Positions 54,548 to 64,000 of a DNA stretch of 64,000 nt are shown here, in pieces. The position numbers and the translations under genes were made by a program. Location of the stretch: IMG/VR virus record IMGVR_UViG_3300035703_002708; one strand, 5' to 3'. Position 1 is the first letter of the stretch; each line of letters begins with the position of its first letter. The DNA comes from a virus. Taxonomy: Duplodnaviria; Caudoviricetes. The notes under the pieces were generated by a model. That model did no database searches and had not been told where the DNA came from. It saw only the letters and a program-made list of their open reading frames with translations.

Positions 54548-55120
54548 TTAGTACCAAAGTTCGTAACTAATTTTATTTTTTTCTAAATAATTTAGGATAT
54601 TTTGTTTTCTAAAATTTAGATTATGTTTTTCTATCATTGAATCAGAAATATACTGATTGTGAAATTCCACAAAGATTTTTGTAAATCTTGTCAGGATATT
54701 TTTTTCGATAAGTTTTTCAAGAATTTCGTACTCAGAACCCTCAATATCCATTTTTAAGAAAACTTCATCATTTTCACTGAACGAATTAATTAAGTCAATT
54801 AAGTCAGTCGATGTAACATTTATAAAGTTGTCCCATACCTGATTATACTTGGAGTTATGAAATTCATTATAAATCGTCGAACTAACCGAGAACTCGTCGT
54901 TTTTAGGTATGAACAGTTTTACTTCCTCATTCGAAGCGTGGACTGCTTTATTCTGAATTGTTACGTTAGTATTTAAATTGTATTTTTCAACTAGGTGATT
55001 ATAACAATTTGGGTTTGGCTCAAACATAAAAATTCTCCAAGTATCATCTATATTCAATATACTCTTCAGATGTTCGAATCCTTGTCCTAAGTTCGAACCA
55101 CAATCTATTAAATTTTTCAT
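54548..55120 (-). CDS. FkbM-family methyltransferase
   Basis: IDCGSNLG, FEPNP, LKMDIEGSEY and VEFH. Confidence 0.85.
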   Translation of the reverse strand: MKNLIDCGSNLGQGFEHLKSILNIDDTWRIFMFEPNPNCYNHLVEKYNLNTNVTIQNKAVHASNEEVKLFIPKNDEFSVSSTIYNEFHNSKYNQVWDNFINVTSTDLIDLINSFSENDEVFLKMDIEGSEYEILEKLIEKNILTRFTKIFVEFHNQYISDSMIEKHNLNFRKQNILNYLEKNKISYELWY

Positions 55121-55124
55121 AATT

Positions 55125-56459
55125 TTAGAAACCCAACTTTTGTCCTTTTGAGTAAGGAAATTTATTGGTTGAAAGATAATAATCCAATGGTGACTTGTAA
55201 ATACGATTTTTTAGAGTAACGTCTAACCAAAGGAATTCCTGAACGACTTGTTTATCCAAAAAAGGGTATCTTACTTCGATTCCATAAGACCCACCAACAT
55301 ACTCTTCTTTCGCAATGTACGATTCCATACTACTTCCAAAAAAACTATTCCAAGGAAATATTTTAGATAAGTCATCAGGGAACAAACCTCCGAAATTTGA
55401 ATGATTATAATATTTCACTCCATTGAACCCGTAATCTGAAAATACTTCGTCCGGTCCACAACCACTTATTAATATTTTATAACCTTCATTACTAGCGGTG
55501 TCACAAATATAACTGAGATGTCTTGAACCACCGTCATCAGTTAAGGATAAATGAAACTCATTATAGTTAGATGATGATGATGATATTGTATATTTAAATT
55601 CTTCAGTGTTTTTTTTAATGTATTGAATCGTTTCACTAAGTTTGGAATCGGTTTTGTCGAGAATCTTATATTTTTTGTCTAAAGATTTCAAAATCGATAT
55701 TCTTTCGGTTAGAATTTCTTCATTTTCTGTACCTCTCAAAATATAACTTTTGAAATCAACATTTTGTTTAATCATCTCGTTACAAATCGCTCCTGAGTCA
55801 TAACCTGAAGAAAGACCAATAAAAACTTTTTCTCTCAAACCCTTAGTCCTTTTTTCAATTGATTTTTCGAAAGATTTTACGAAATCATCAAAATTTTTTT
55901 TGTTTTGATTTTCAATGTCAAAATCGAACACGGTAAATTCATCTAGTATCGAATTTGATTCTAAATCGATAATTAATGTTTTATTTGCACTTATTTTTTT
56001 TATCTCATTAAAACCTATTTTCCTCAATGGGTCAGAATATGTTGAGACACCTAAATGACCATTTTCCATTGAGAAAAATATTGGTTTAGTTTTGAAAACA
56101 TCGGATGAAATAATGCATTTATTTTTGTTGTAATCTATGAGAACGATTGCAAATTCACCGTCTAAAGTTTTAGGAAAGTGGTAATCATGTTTTAAATAAC
56201 TTTCTATAATACACTCACCATCACTTTTGAAATCCCCAAAATCATTAGAGTTATATATTTCACCATTATAGATGGATAATATACCTTCTTTTTCGAAAGG
56301 TTGTGGTCTGAACTCTCCAGTTATAGATAATAGATTATGAACAAACGTGTGTCCATTTATTATTTTGACCGAAGTAAAATCAGGACCCCTGAATTTATTA
56401 AAGTGATTGACGTAATCTATGTTGTCAATTGTTTTAGTTGAAAAAATGAAGCTACACAT
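55125..56459 (-). CDS. Asparagine-synthetase-like glutamine amidotransferase
   Basis: N-terminal MC (Ntn Cys), RGPD, YNGEIYN, LSSGYDS, SGCGPDE and RYPFLD. Confidence 0.85.
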   Translation of the reverse strand: MCSFIFSTKTIDNIDYVNHFNKFRGPDFTSVKIINGHTFVHNLLSITGEFRPQPFEKEGILSIYNGEIYNSNDFGDFKSDGECIIESYLKHDYHFPKTLDGEFAIVLIDYNKNKCIISSDVFKTKPIFFSMENGHLGVSTYSDPLRKIGFNEIKKISANKTLIIDLESNSILDEFTVFDFDIENQNKKNFDDFVKSFEKSIEKRTKGLREKVFIGLSSGYDSGAICNEMIKQNVDFKSYILRGTENEEILTERISILKSLDKKYKILDKTDSKLSETIQYIKKNTEEFKYTISSSSSNYNEFHLSLTDDGGSRHLSYICDTASNEGYKILISGCGPDEVFSDYGFNGVKYYNHSNFGGLFPDDLSKIFPWNSFFGSSMESYIAKEEYVGGSYGIEVRYPFLDKQVVQEFLWLDVTLKNRIYKSPLDYYLSTNKFPYSKGQKLGF

Positions 56460-56462
56460 ATC

Positions 56463-57140
56463 TTAAACTCTAGTACTTAAACTTGTTGGTAATGTTTTTT
56501 GAAAAAAATCGTTTTTAGCTTGCGCAATTCCTGGTAAAATTTGTGGTTCATATTTTTTTAACCATAAAACATAAGGGAAACTCAATTGGTCTCTTGAGGT
56601 GTATTTACATATATGTTCCCACCAACATAACATAATTTCTCTAACCTTTTCAGTATTTTTTACAACAAATGTTGGTAATTCAAATAAACCATTGTTCTCT
56701 GGAAAACCATTCATCGAGTAATCAAACATTTGTTTATCCACCAATTCTTGATAATCATACCTGAGGTATTTTATTGCTTGGGCTTCTTGGTAAATACAGT
56801 TTCTCTCCCCATGTTTGAATACCATAATATCTTTATTCATTTTGTTTACTATTTCATGTGGGTCCATCAGAATATCGTGAGTTGAATCAATCCATATATA
56901 GTAGTCGTAGTTTGGTAAAAATAAAAACGGAAGGACTTTATATATTTTAGCATTACGCCTATCCTGAAACACAGAATCTGATGAAAAATTTAATGGTCTA
57001 TGTATCTGCCATGTATTTGATGAAATATTAGTGTCTACAAATGCATGATAATCTACATTATCATATTTGTTGATTTGTTCTTTTAAAGGACTAGACTCTC
57101 TCTTTCCTATTTTTGATGTAACTATCGCAATTTTATTCAT
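56463..57140 (-). CDS. DUF616-type putative glycosyltransferase
   Basis: YYIWIDS, FKHGERNCIYQEA and SRDQLSFPYVLW. Confidence 0.7.
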   Translation of the reverse strand: MNKIAIVTSKIGKRESSPLKEQINKYDNVDYHAFVDTNISSNTWQIHRPLNFSSDSVFQDRRNAKIYKVLPFLFLPNYDYYIWIDSTHDILMDPHEIVNKMNKDIMVFKHGERNCIYQEAQAIKYLRYDYQELVDKQMFDYSMNGFPENNGLFELPTFVVKNTEKVREIMLCWWEHICKYTSRDQLSFPYVLWLKKYEPQILPGIAQAKNDFFQKTLPTSLSTRV

Positions 57141-58629
57141 ATAAGATATCTTTTTTCAATTTATCTATGTTGTCTCTAACGAAATCTTGTATTTTAGAAT
57201 AATCGAAATGCATCTTCAAATTCTTTGTTTCGTCTTCATTTCTGGTCATACTTTCCAAATGATAAGATACAAGGGACCCATCGTAATAGTTTTTTAAACC
57301 CTTCAATAACATTCTGAGATTGAGTTCTACGTCTTCAAAACATGATTCATACTCCTCATTGAACATACCGCAGTCTATGAATCTTTTTTTATAGACCATC
57401 ATTAATGCGGCTGTAGAACCAACTATTTCTTTTCTAGTGGTATTATAATTGAAATAGCTTTTGAAATTATTGTGTGTCAGTAATAAATTTTTGGTTTTGT
57501 TTAGACCAACGAATATACCATCATGTTGTACTGTATTGTCTCCAAAATGTAATCTAGCACCGACAGTTCCGACCTTTGCATTATCTTTGAATATTTTCAA
57601 CATACCATAAATTACATTGTTCATTATTTTGATATCGTTGTTACTGAACAATAAAAATTCATATGAGTCATCAATGTGGTTTTTAACGACATCATTGTTA
57701 ATTTTGGCAAAATTATAATAATCGTATTCTATCAGATTGATATCACCCAAAGGTAGTATTTTTTTTCGAATCAAATCTTTCTCTTCTTCAGTAGAACCTG
57801 TGTCGGCAATAAAAATTGAAAATAAATTTTCATTACAGTGGTCAAAGAAAGATTTTACACATTCATACAACATGTTGATTTTACCCTTGGTAGGAATTAT
57901 AACAGCAACCTTTCCGACATTTTTGATTGGTTTTTCGATTATTTCCGGTACAAAAATATCTTTTGGTTTTAAATCTAAAGGTAACTTGCTACCCCACTTT
58001 TGTAAAAACTGATTTTTACTAACCCAAAATTCTTCGTTTGGTTTACCAACAGATTTATGTGTTATTTCGAAAGAGGATGTTACACCAATTTTGACTCCGT
58101 CCAAATAATTTGGTACGCAAAAACCGTGGTCATAAAAATGAAATTTACCTATAGTTTCATCAAACTTATGTTTGATTTTAGTTTTATCAAAACTTAAAAA
58201 TAAACCATCTAAAGTTACAACAGGAACTAAAAATGGTAATTTTGGAGAATACTTACTTAACCATTTTTTTTGACCGTCAGGGTGGTGGTAAACCTGACCT
58301 ACCATAGTTTGTTGCATTTTCTCCCAATACACACCAGACTCAGGGAAATAACAAGAACCTGCTTTTCCTATTATTGAGAAATCATGATTATTTTCAAAGT
58401 CTTGCATTAGTTTCTTAGCCCATCCTGTCTCTAATTTTATATCATCATGACATAAAACTAAAATATTGTTTGATGACTCACCAATTATTTCATTATAAAC
58501 CTGAGCCAATGATTTTTCACCATTATTAATTTTTTCAATTATCTCAATATTTTTTAAACCTGATGACTTCTTGAAATATTCTTGTAGAGAAGGATTTGAA
58601 ACCCTTGTACTATACCCTATTGTTATCAT
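57133..58629 (-). CDS. Two-domain GT2-like glycosyltransferase
   Basis: N-terminal LCHDD...FHFYD domain; C-terminal VIIPTK, FSNND, QHDG, TAALMM and FEDVELNL. Confidence 0.8.
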   Translation of the reverse strand: MITIGYSTRVSNPSLQEYFKKSSGLKNIEIIEKINNGEKSLAQVYNEIIGESSNNILVLCHDDIKLETGWAKKLMQDFENNHDFSIIGKAGSCYFPESGVYWEKMQQTMVGQVYHHPDGQKKWLSKYSPKLPFLVPVVTLDGLFLSFDKTKIKHKFDETIGKFHFYDHGFCVPNYLDGVKIGVTSSFEITHKSVGKPNEEFWVSKNQFLQKWGSKLPLDLKPKDIFVPEIIEKPIKNVGKVAVIIPTKGKINMLYECVKSFFDHCNENLFSIFIADTGSTEEEKDLIRKKILPLGDINLIEYDYYNFAKINNDVVKNHIDDSYEFLLFSNNDIKIMNNVIYGMLKIFKDNAKVGTVGARLHFGDNTVQHDGIFVGLNKTKNLLLTHNNFKSYFNYNTTRKEIVGSTAALMMVYKKRFIDCGMFNEEYESCFEDVELNLRMLLKGLKNYYDGSLVSYHLESMTRNEDETKNLKMHFDYSKIQDFVRDNIDKLKKDILYE

Positions 58630-59069
58630 TCTTCAAATACTTCTATGTTGTGTGTTTTATTAACCAACTTTGACCATTTTCCGTTATATCTTGTTGCTCT
58701 TACAATATGGTTATCAATCCAGTGGTAGTTTCCACCTCTTGGTTTGTTAAAAATGATACTGTGATATTTGAATCCCCATTTTTCTAACCATTGTTTTGTC
58801 ACCAATTCGTGTTCATCGGTTCTTGATGTAAAAAATGTTATAACGTGACCTTCTTCATACCAAGAATTAATCATATCTACTGAACCTTCAAAAGGTTCAA
58901 CTACCGACATTCGTTCAGGTTGTTCGTTTGGTACATCATCAGTAATTGTTCCATCGATGTCAATCAAATAATTTTTTAACCCGAAGGCTAACTCAGGACT
59001 TACGTTAGCGTCCAGTTGAACCAAAACCGTTTGCATTTCTATCTTTGTCTTTAATTTTATTTGTCTCAA
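58626..59069 (-). CDS. Small HAD-superfamily phosphatase
   Basis: YLIDIDGT, FFTSR and KPRGGNYHWIDN; the start is uncertain and overlaps the end of dut. Confidence 0.75.
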   Translation of the reverse strand: MRQIKLKTKIEMQTVLVQLDANVSPELAFGLKNYLIDIDGTITDDVPNEQPERMSVVEPFEGSVDMINSWYEEGHVITFFTSRTDEHELVTKQWLEKWGFKYHSIIFNKPRGGNYHWIDNHIVRATRYNGKWSKLVNKTHNIEVFEE

Positions 59070-59631
59070 ATAATTCTACGACACCACCATTTAATACGTG
59101 AGTCAAAACACCTTGGGCGATTTTCATACCCTTTTTGATGATATATTCTTCTTGGTTTGTGTTGAAGATTATCACTTGGACTTCACCAGTGTAACCATTG
59201 TCGACAGTGCCTGGAGAGTTCAAAACCATCAAACCATCTTTGATTGCCAATCCACTTTTACTTCTTACCTGTAATTCAACATTGGGAGGTAAATCAAACT
59301 TTAATCCTGTTGGAACTAATGCTCTACCTAAAGGACCAATTGTTATCTCCTCGACCGAGTAAAAATCAAAACCAGAATCGGTGGTGTAGTTGTACGAGGG
59401 TAGAACCGCATCTTCATGTATTTTCTGAACATATACCTCTAACGATGCTTTAGGAGTTGCCATAAGATTGTTTTCTAATTCAGTCATATCTAAACCGTAT
59501 TGTTTTTCTAAATATGAAAAATCGAAGTCATCTTCGTTATTTGAATCATCGATTTCATCGATTCCTAAGTTTTTCTGAAGTTGTTCTAACAAATCTTGTA
59601 TTTTTTTTATGTCTTCAGGGTTTGTTATCAT
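59005..59631 (-). CDS. dut: Trimeric dUTPase with an acidic N-terminal extension
   Basis: SGFDF, VPTG, RSKSGLA, GTVDNGYTGE, IAQ and RNANGFGSTG. Confidence 0.92.
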   Translation of the reverse strand: MITNPEDIKKIQDLLEQLQKNLGIDEIDDSNNEDDFDFSYLEKQYGLDMTELENNLMATPKASLEVYVQKIHEDAVLPSYNYTTDSGFDFYSVEEITIGPLGRALVPTGLKFDLPPNVELQVRSKSGLAIKDGLMVLNSPGTVDNGYTGEVQVIIFNTNQEEYIIKKGMKIAQGVLTHVLNGGVVELFETNKIKDKDRNANGFGSTGR

Positions 59632-60329
59632 TTTAGTTCTTTAAATTTTTTTATTACGTCAATTAGTACTTTAACATCTTTTTCACAGTATTCTGCAATT
59701 TGTTTCAATTTACCTTCTTCCCAGTATGCGTTGTGAACTTTTTCACCTGTAATTTCTCCGTCTTTAGAAGTTGGTACATTCATAGACACACACATCAAAT
59801 CAAGTGAACCTATCGATGTATATGAACCAAATTGCCATAGTTCTTTTGTGTCAATCGCTTTAATTTCCCAAGGCTTGGTATCATAACTCGGTAAAATAGA
59901 TGGGGGTAAGATTCCATTAATTACCATTCGTTTTGACAACATAGGAATATCAAAGTTTTTTAGATTGTGTCCACATAGGTAGAATCCTAATTTACCACAT
60001 CTATCAAGTAACTTTTGAGTTTCTTTCAAAACATCATGTTCTTTTTCTGAAGAAAATGTTTGTGCTTTAATTTCTCCTTTGTCAGTAACAAATGAAACAC
60101 TTACACAAACAACTTTTGCAAACTCAGGAACAAGTGCTGTTCTTTTTTGAAAAACATAATCAAAGGACTTTCCATCATCTTCAGGAAACCTTTTTTGGAA
60201 CCAATCAAAGTAGTTAGAAAACTGTTCAGCCAATAAAGGGTAGTTTTCCTTACAACTTTGGTAGTCTTTTGATACTCCTACTGTTTCAATATCAAGAAAC
60301 AAAATTTTCGTTAAGGGTATGTTGAGCAT
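59628..60329 (-). CDS. Stand-alone DnaQ/PolB-like 3'-5' exonuclease
   Basis: FLDIET, GHNLKNFDIP and YCEKDV. Confidence 0.85.
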   Translation of the reverse strand: MLNIPLTKILFLDIETVGVSKDYQSCKENYPLLAEQFSNYFDWFQKRFPEDDGKSFDYVFQKRTALVPEFAKVVCVSVSFVTDKGEIKAQTFSSEKEHDVLKETQKLLDRCGKLGFYLCGHNLKNFDIPMLSKRMVINGILPPSILPSYDTKPWEIKAIDTKELWQFGSYTSIGSLDLMCVSMNVPTSKDGEITGEKVHNAYWEEGKLKQIAEYCEKDVKVLIDVIKKFKELK

Positions 60330-61554
60330 TATTTTTTTTATCTACAATTAATTTGTACCACTCGGCTCTCGCCTTTGTAACATTTCTCAAGTCGTATGTA
60401 TCTTTTACTGTTTCATACAAACGTTCGCCCAAATCTACAATCATATTTGTATTATCAATCAATTTTTTAATGTTTTTTGCCCAATCACTATGATTTCTTG
60501 ATTCAGGAACTAATAGTGCGTTTCCATCTGTGAATTGACCGTTCTTAAGTGCATGTTTCAAATCTATAGTGTAAGGACCAACTTCTGATGCAATTAACGC
60601 CTTTTTATAGAATCCCGCTTCAATAACTTTTAGTTGAGATTTGACTATATTAAACATATGACTCTTAATCGGAGCAATTGAGATGTCAAATTTAGAATAA
60701 TTTCTTGCATATTGTGTGATATGTTTTGTCCAAACCCTTCTATAATTTTCATTTTTCTCATTTTCAAACGGTTCTTCCACGAATTTATCCAAAAACAATT
60801 TATATTCAGGAGTGATGATTTGGTACTTGTTTGTAAAAATTTCTTCGTACTTAGCCCACACAGTTTCATGTGGTTGGATTGGACGTTGTTTTTGTTCACC
60901 TGTTTGTTTGTTAATTTCAGTGATGGTTCCCCTTGTGTCAAATCCACAAACAACATATTGAATTTTGTCTTGTATTGGTGATAATTTAGAGACCATACCC
61001 TCTAACAACATCAAGTCATGTAAGTGCGAAGAACCTCCTAACCAACCAATTCTTATTTTGTCAGACTTTTCTGTTGGTTCATTAAACTGTGGTTCAGATG
61101 GGTCAATTGCATTTGGGAAAATCTCGACATTTTTGTTAATTTTCTTTAATTCATTTGCGAAAATAGTTGTAGTGGTAGTTACGTAATCGGGATGTTTTAA
61201 GTTTTCTACGATTTTTTCGTTAATCTTATTTTGACGAATAATATCGTGAATAGGGTGTTCTTTACCTGGCATCCAATAATCGTCGATATCAATGACTGTA
61301 ACTATACCTAACGACTTTAACATCCTAACAATATTAGGTGTGTGTTCATAAACATTTCCGATATTACGGTGGATGTGAACAATCTGATATTGTTTCCAAT
61401 AATTTATATCATTAATTCGTGGTTCATAGTCAATATCTACATGAAAATCATCAGGATACATATTTTGTAACATTACGTGGGGGTCAACAGACCTGAATTT
61501 ACCTACCCCCGTTTTGTCCGACGGTAGAACTAACACTTTAATTTTTTCGCTCAT
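60292..61554 (-). CDS. Glycosyltransferase (GT-B-like)
   Basis: IDIDDYW, IGWLGGSSH, DISIAPI, KSQLKVIEAG and ALIASEVGPY; start taken as MSEK at 61554. Confidence 0.75.
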   Translation of the reverse strand: MSEKIKVLVLPSDKTGVGKFRSVDPHVMLQNMYPDDFHVDIDYEPRINDINYWKQYQIVHIHRNIGNVYEHTPNIVRMLKSLGIVTVIDIDDYWMPGKEHPIHDIIRQNKINEKIVENLKHPDYVTTTTTIFANELKKINKNVEIFPNAIDPSEPQFNEPTEKSDKIRIGWLGGSSHLHDLMLLEGMVSKLSPIQDKIQYVVCGFDTRGTITEINKQTGEQKQRPIQPHETVWAKYEEIFTNKYQIITPEYKLFLDKFVEEPFENEKNENYRRVWTKHITQYARNYSKFDISIAPIKSHMFNIVKSQLKVIEAGFYKKALIASEVGPYTIDLKHALKNGQFTDGNALLVPESRNHSDWAKNIKKLIDNTNMIVDLGERLYETVKDTYDLRNVTKARAEWYKLIVDKKNNAQHTLNENFVS

Positions 61555-61666
61555 ATAAAATAGATTTGTCAAAAATATAGAGATGTTATATTAGAATATC
61601 AACATACCTAAAACAAAAAACCCCAACTAATGTGTCGGGGTTTCTTCCTAAAAATAATACTAAAAC

Positions 61667-62269
61667 TTAACTAACCTTTTTTATCTTAGTTAACTTCCCT
61701 TCAAAAATATGATTACCTACTTTGAAAGTAAAGTTATCTTTGGTTCGTTGAGTTGATTCTATTAATAATCCGTTTTCTCTGAGAACTTCCTCCACAGTTT
61801 CTCTTACTATCGACGCGATTTCATTTTTATCAATTGATGGAGTCTCGATGTGTTTTGGAAGTGGTCCTGTCGTTTTTTTACCTTCAGTAACTTTTTGTTT
61901 TTCAGTACCCATTAATCTTGATGCCTTTGCAACTAAATCATCTGACAAAGTAGGTCCTGTTTGTTGTGGTTGATTAATTGGATGTTCCATCATTAATCTT
62001 TTTATTTCGTCAGGTAACTTTGAATTTTTTATTTTTTCTTCAGTAATAGGTCCTGGGTTTGTATTTACAGGTCTACTTACTTGTTGCTCACTAAGAAATT
62101 CAGATGGTATATTGTAAGATGCCGCTGGAGTGTCAAAACTTTGTAATTCAGGTGCCGACAAAGTCGAGATATCACTTTCACTTACATTACCTCTAGGCAT
62201 TTCTTTGTGTTTATCCATGATTTTTTTTGAAATCATCAACTTTTGTATCAAATCGTTTTCTGTTCTCAT
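61667..62269 (-). CDS. Hypothetical protein
   Basis: 200-aa ORF followed by a hairpin near 61615-61645. Confidence 0.75.
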   Translation of the reverse strand: MRTENDLIQKLMISKKIMDKHKEMPRGNVSESDISTLSAPELQSFDTPAASYNIPSEFLSEQQVSRPVNTNPGPITEEKIKNSKLPDEIKRLMMEHPINQPQQTGPTLSDDLVAKASRLMGTEKQKVTEGKKTTGPLPKHIETPSIDKNEIASIVRETVEEVLRENGLLIESTQRTKDNFTFKVGNHIFEGKLTKIKKVS

Positions 62270-62658
62270 GCTTGTTGGTCAAATTGTGCATTTATTAAAA
62301 CTTTGGTCATACTTCTATCACCATTAAAATTATAGTTAGGTCTTGGTTCCTCAAAATTTTCTTCGGTTGGTCTGAACATAGTAATTTTATCTAATCTAAA
62401 AAGACGCCATCCAGGAAGTGGTTGTTTTCCTTTAAAGGCCGTATGCGACGCCCCTTCAAAATCCCAAGCCCTTAAAACCAAGTTACCCGCCTTACTATAC
62501 CCTAAACAAACAGGTTCAATCTCTCTTAATCCTTTTCCTCCTGGTTCATCTCCGATATAATAAATTATACATTTATTTTTTTTGGAAATAGCATCCCTAA
62601 CGGCACCCAAAGATGCCACTTCTAAAATAAGGTTTTTAAGGGAGTTGTAAAGTTTCAT
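62266..62658 (-). CDS. Stand-alone WYL-like domain protein
   Basis: IYY...G.REIEPVCLG......LRAW.......WRLFRLDKI. Confidence 0.7.
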   Translation of the reverse strand: MKLYNSLKNLILEVASLGAVRDAISKKNKCIIYYIGDEPGGKGLREIEPVCLGYSKAGNLVLRAWDFEGASHTAFKGKQPLPGWRLFRLDKITMFRPTEENFEEPRPNYNFNGDRSMTKVLINAQFDQQA

Positions 62659-62948
62659 TAAACACTTGGAGTTGTGTATGGTTTGTTTGATTGATAAAAA
62701 TTAATCTTGATTTGGTCTTTTCTTGCTGTTTTGTCTTCTGATGAACCACCATTTAAAATGTCCAAGAAAATACCAGTACCTTTACCAAACAAGTCACCAT
62801 CCGAAATCGCATCTTTATTTACAGATGAATATTCGTTTGCCGATTGTTTGTAGTCGTTAATTTTTATACCATTTGTTCTTTCTGTTTGACCGATTTGACC
62901 CAACGTGTTTAGAGGTTGAGAGAAATCAATTGGAAAATAAGCTGCCAT
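62658..62948 (-). CDS. Hypothetical protein
   Basis: 96-aa ORF coupled to its neighbours. Confidence 0.7.
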   Translation of the reverse strand: MAAYFPIDFSQPLNTLGQIGQTERTNGIKINDYKQSANEYSSVNKDAISDGDLFGKGTGIFLDILNGGSSEDKTARKDQIKINFYQSNKPYTTPSV

Positions 62949-62949
62949 G

Positions 62950-63408
62950 TTAAATTATTTTTTTCATTAAGTAGTTTATCCTTTTCAGGTCTTCTTTTAA
63001 TTCGTTATTTATTTTGTTATGAGATTTACTAGGTCTGTTCATAGAACTCATATCGTCTTTTTGATGTGTTTTATTAAACTGATTTGGTAAACCCGCTTCT
63101 TGTTTATTCTTCTTTACATTATAAATATCATCTCGGAGAAATCTTAGAGTTTCGTTAACCCAATTTTTCATATAATCTCCACCATTTAATATGTAAGTCT
63201 TTTCTTGAACATCTCCTTTGAAGTTATCAAAGTAGTTTTTAATTCTTTTCAATTGTTGGTATGAAATTTCATCAGAGTCTTGTAGTTCTTTGTTTCTTTT
63301 GTGTCCTTCATCGTTTGATTCCGAACTCACAGAGTTGAACGAATTACGCATGTGTTCGCGTATTTCATCAGGAACTTTTACCTTTTTATCGTATAAATCC
63401 TTATTCAC
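62950..63408 (-). CDS. Hypothetical protein
   Basis: 152-aa ORF coupled to its neighbours. Confidence 0.7.
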   Translation of the reverse strand: MNKDLYDKKVKVPDEIREHMRNSFNSVSSESNDEGHKRNKELQDSDEISYQQLKRIKNYFDNFKGDVQEKTYILNGGDYMKNWVNETLRFLRDDIYNVKKNKQEAGLPNQFNKTHQKDDMSSMNRPSKSHNKINNELKEDLKRINYLMKKII

Positions 63409-64000
63409 TTTTTAACATCTTAACAAGTTGATTAATAGATATACCTTCTTTTTCTGCCATTTTTTTAATCGATTCCAAATTCTTTTTTAGAATTTTTGAT
63501 GACGGATGTTCTTTTTTAACAACATCAGCATCGTCAGAATTTCTTTTTGATAAAATGTCTTCCAACATTTTTTTCATCTCGAGTTTTTCCATTTCAGATA
63601 AAGTAAGTTTTCCAACAAATCCTTTTTTGTTTTTAAATTTTGATTTACTATCTCTTTTACCTGTAGGGTCTTTACCGAATTGTTTTGTTCTGTCTTTTGC
63701 CTCTTCGGGTTCCATACCCATTTTTTTAACCAAAGTTTTGTAAGTTTTTTTTCCATCCAAATCTTTCGTTTCCTCATAACCAAAAGCGTCAGAATAATCT
63801 ACTTCATTAACGACAGGTTCCTCTTCTTTTGATTCACCATAATAAACACGGTAACCTCTTGTAACAGGGTTGTTTGTTTGTCTTGTTGCAGGAACCGTTT
63901 GGTCCATAGTTCTACGAGGATGCATAGATAAATCTAATATTGGTGTGGATGATGTAGACATCGTTCCATCAGGGTCTATTAATTCATCCAATTCTTTTTC
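63401..64000 (-). CDS. Hypothetical protein, 5' part probably beyond the window
   Basis: The frame stays open to base 64000. Confidence 0.7.
   Translation of the reverse strand, partial: EKELDELIDPDGTMSTSSTPILDLSMHPRRTMDQTVPATRQTNNPVTRGYRVYYGESKEEEPVVNEVDYSDAFGYEETKDLDGKKTYKTLVKKMGMEPEEAKDRTKQFGKDPTGKRDSKSKFKNKKGFVGKLTLSEMEKLEMKKMLEDILSKRNSDDADVVKKEHPSSKILKKNLESIKKMAEKEGISINQLVKMLKSE

Noticed and set aside
1-64000. Stop-codon recoding (alternative genetic code)
   Set aside because: Conserved genes are full length in the standard code, and TAA, TAG and TGA all terminate genes at expected positions.
1-64000. Integrase, transposase, reverse transcriptase/DGR or att sites
   Set aside because: No such motifs or long dispersed repeat pairs were noticed in this window.

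Overview
This is a 64-kb AT-rich segment of a large T4-like (gp17/gp20/gp21/gp22/gp23-type) tailed-phage genome read in the standard bacterial code. The host is very probably Bacteroidota: there are multiple TTG-N19/20-TAnnTTTG promoters, no Shine-Dalgarno leaders, signal peptides cleaving before Gln, a T9SS C-terminal sorting domain and a DUF4494-like gene. Layout from left to right: (1) an RNA-repair-like cluster (SLOG, cyclic-phosphate receiver, metallophosphoesterase, Rnl1-type ligase); (2) a stable-RNA island at about 6.4-7.6 kb with an atypical tRNA(CAT), a complete tmRNA and several unassigned structured RNAs; (3) proteostasis genes (M28-type peptidase, N-domain-less ClpC-type ATPase, Hsp20); (4) multi-domain peptidoglycan hydrolases, one fused to a nucleotidyltransferase; (5) the head morphogenesis block; (6) minus-strand virion genes including a T9SS-cargo protein and a gp5-like protein; (7) a gp55-like sigma factor followed by a glycan-biosynthesis island of about 17 kb, plus PhoH, dUTPase, exonuclease and a WYL protein. 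The strongest leads are the phage-encoded T9SS substrate, the tmRNA/ClpC tagging-degradation pair, the unassigned pseudoknotted RNAs, the NTase-lysin fusion, and a shared N-terminal leader ending in a gp21-type cleavage site that may mark capsid-packaged cargo. All family calls come from motif recognition by eye; no database searches or folding programs were run.
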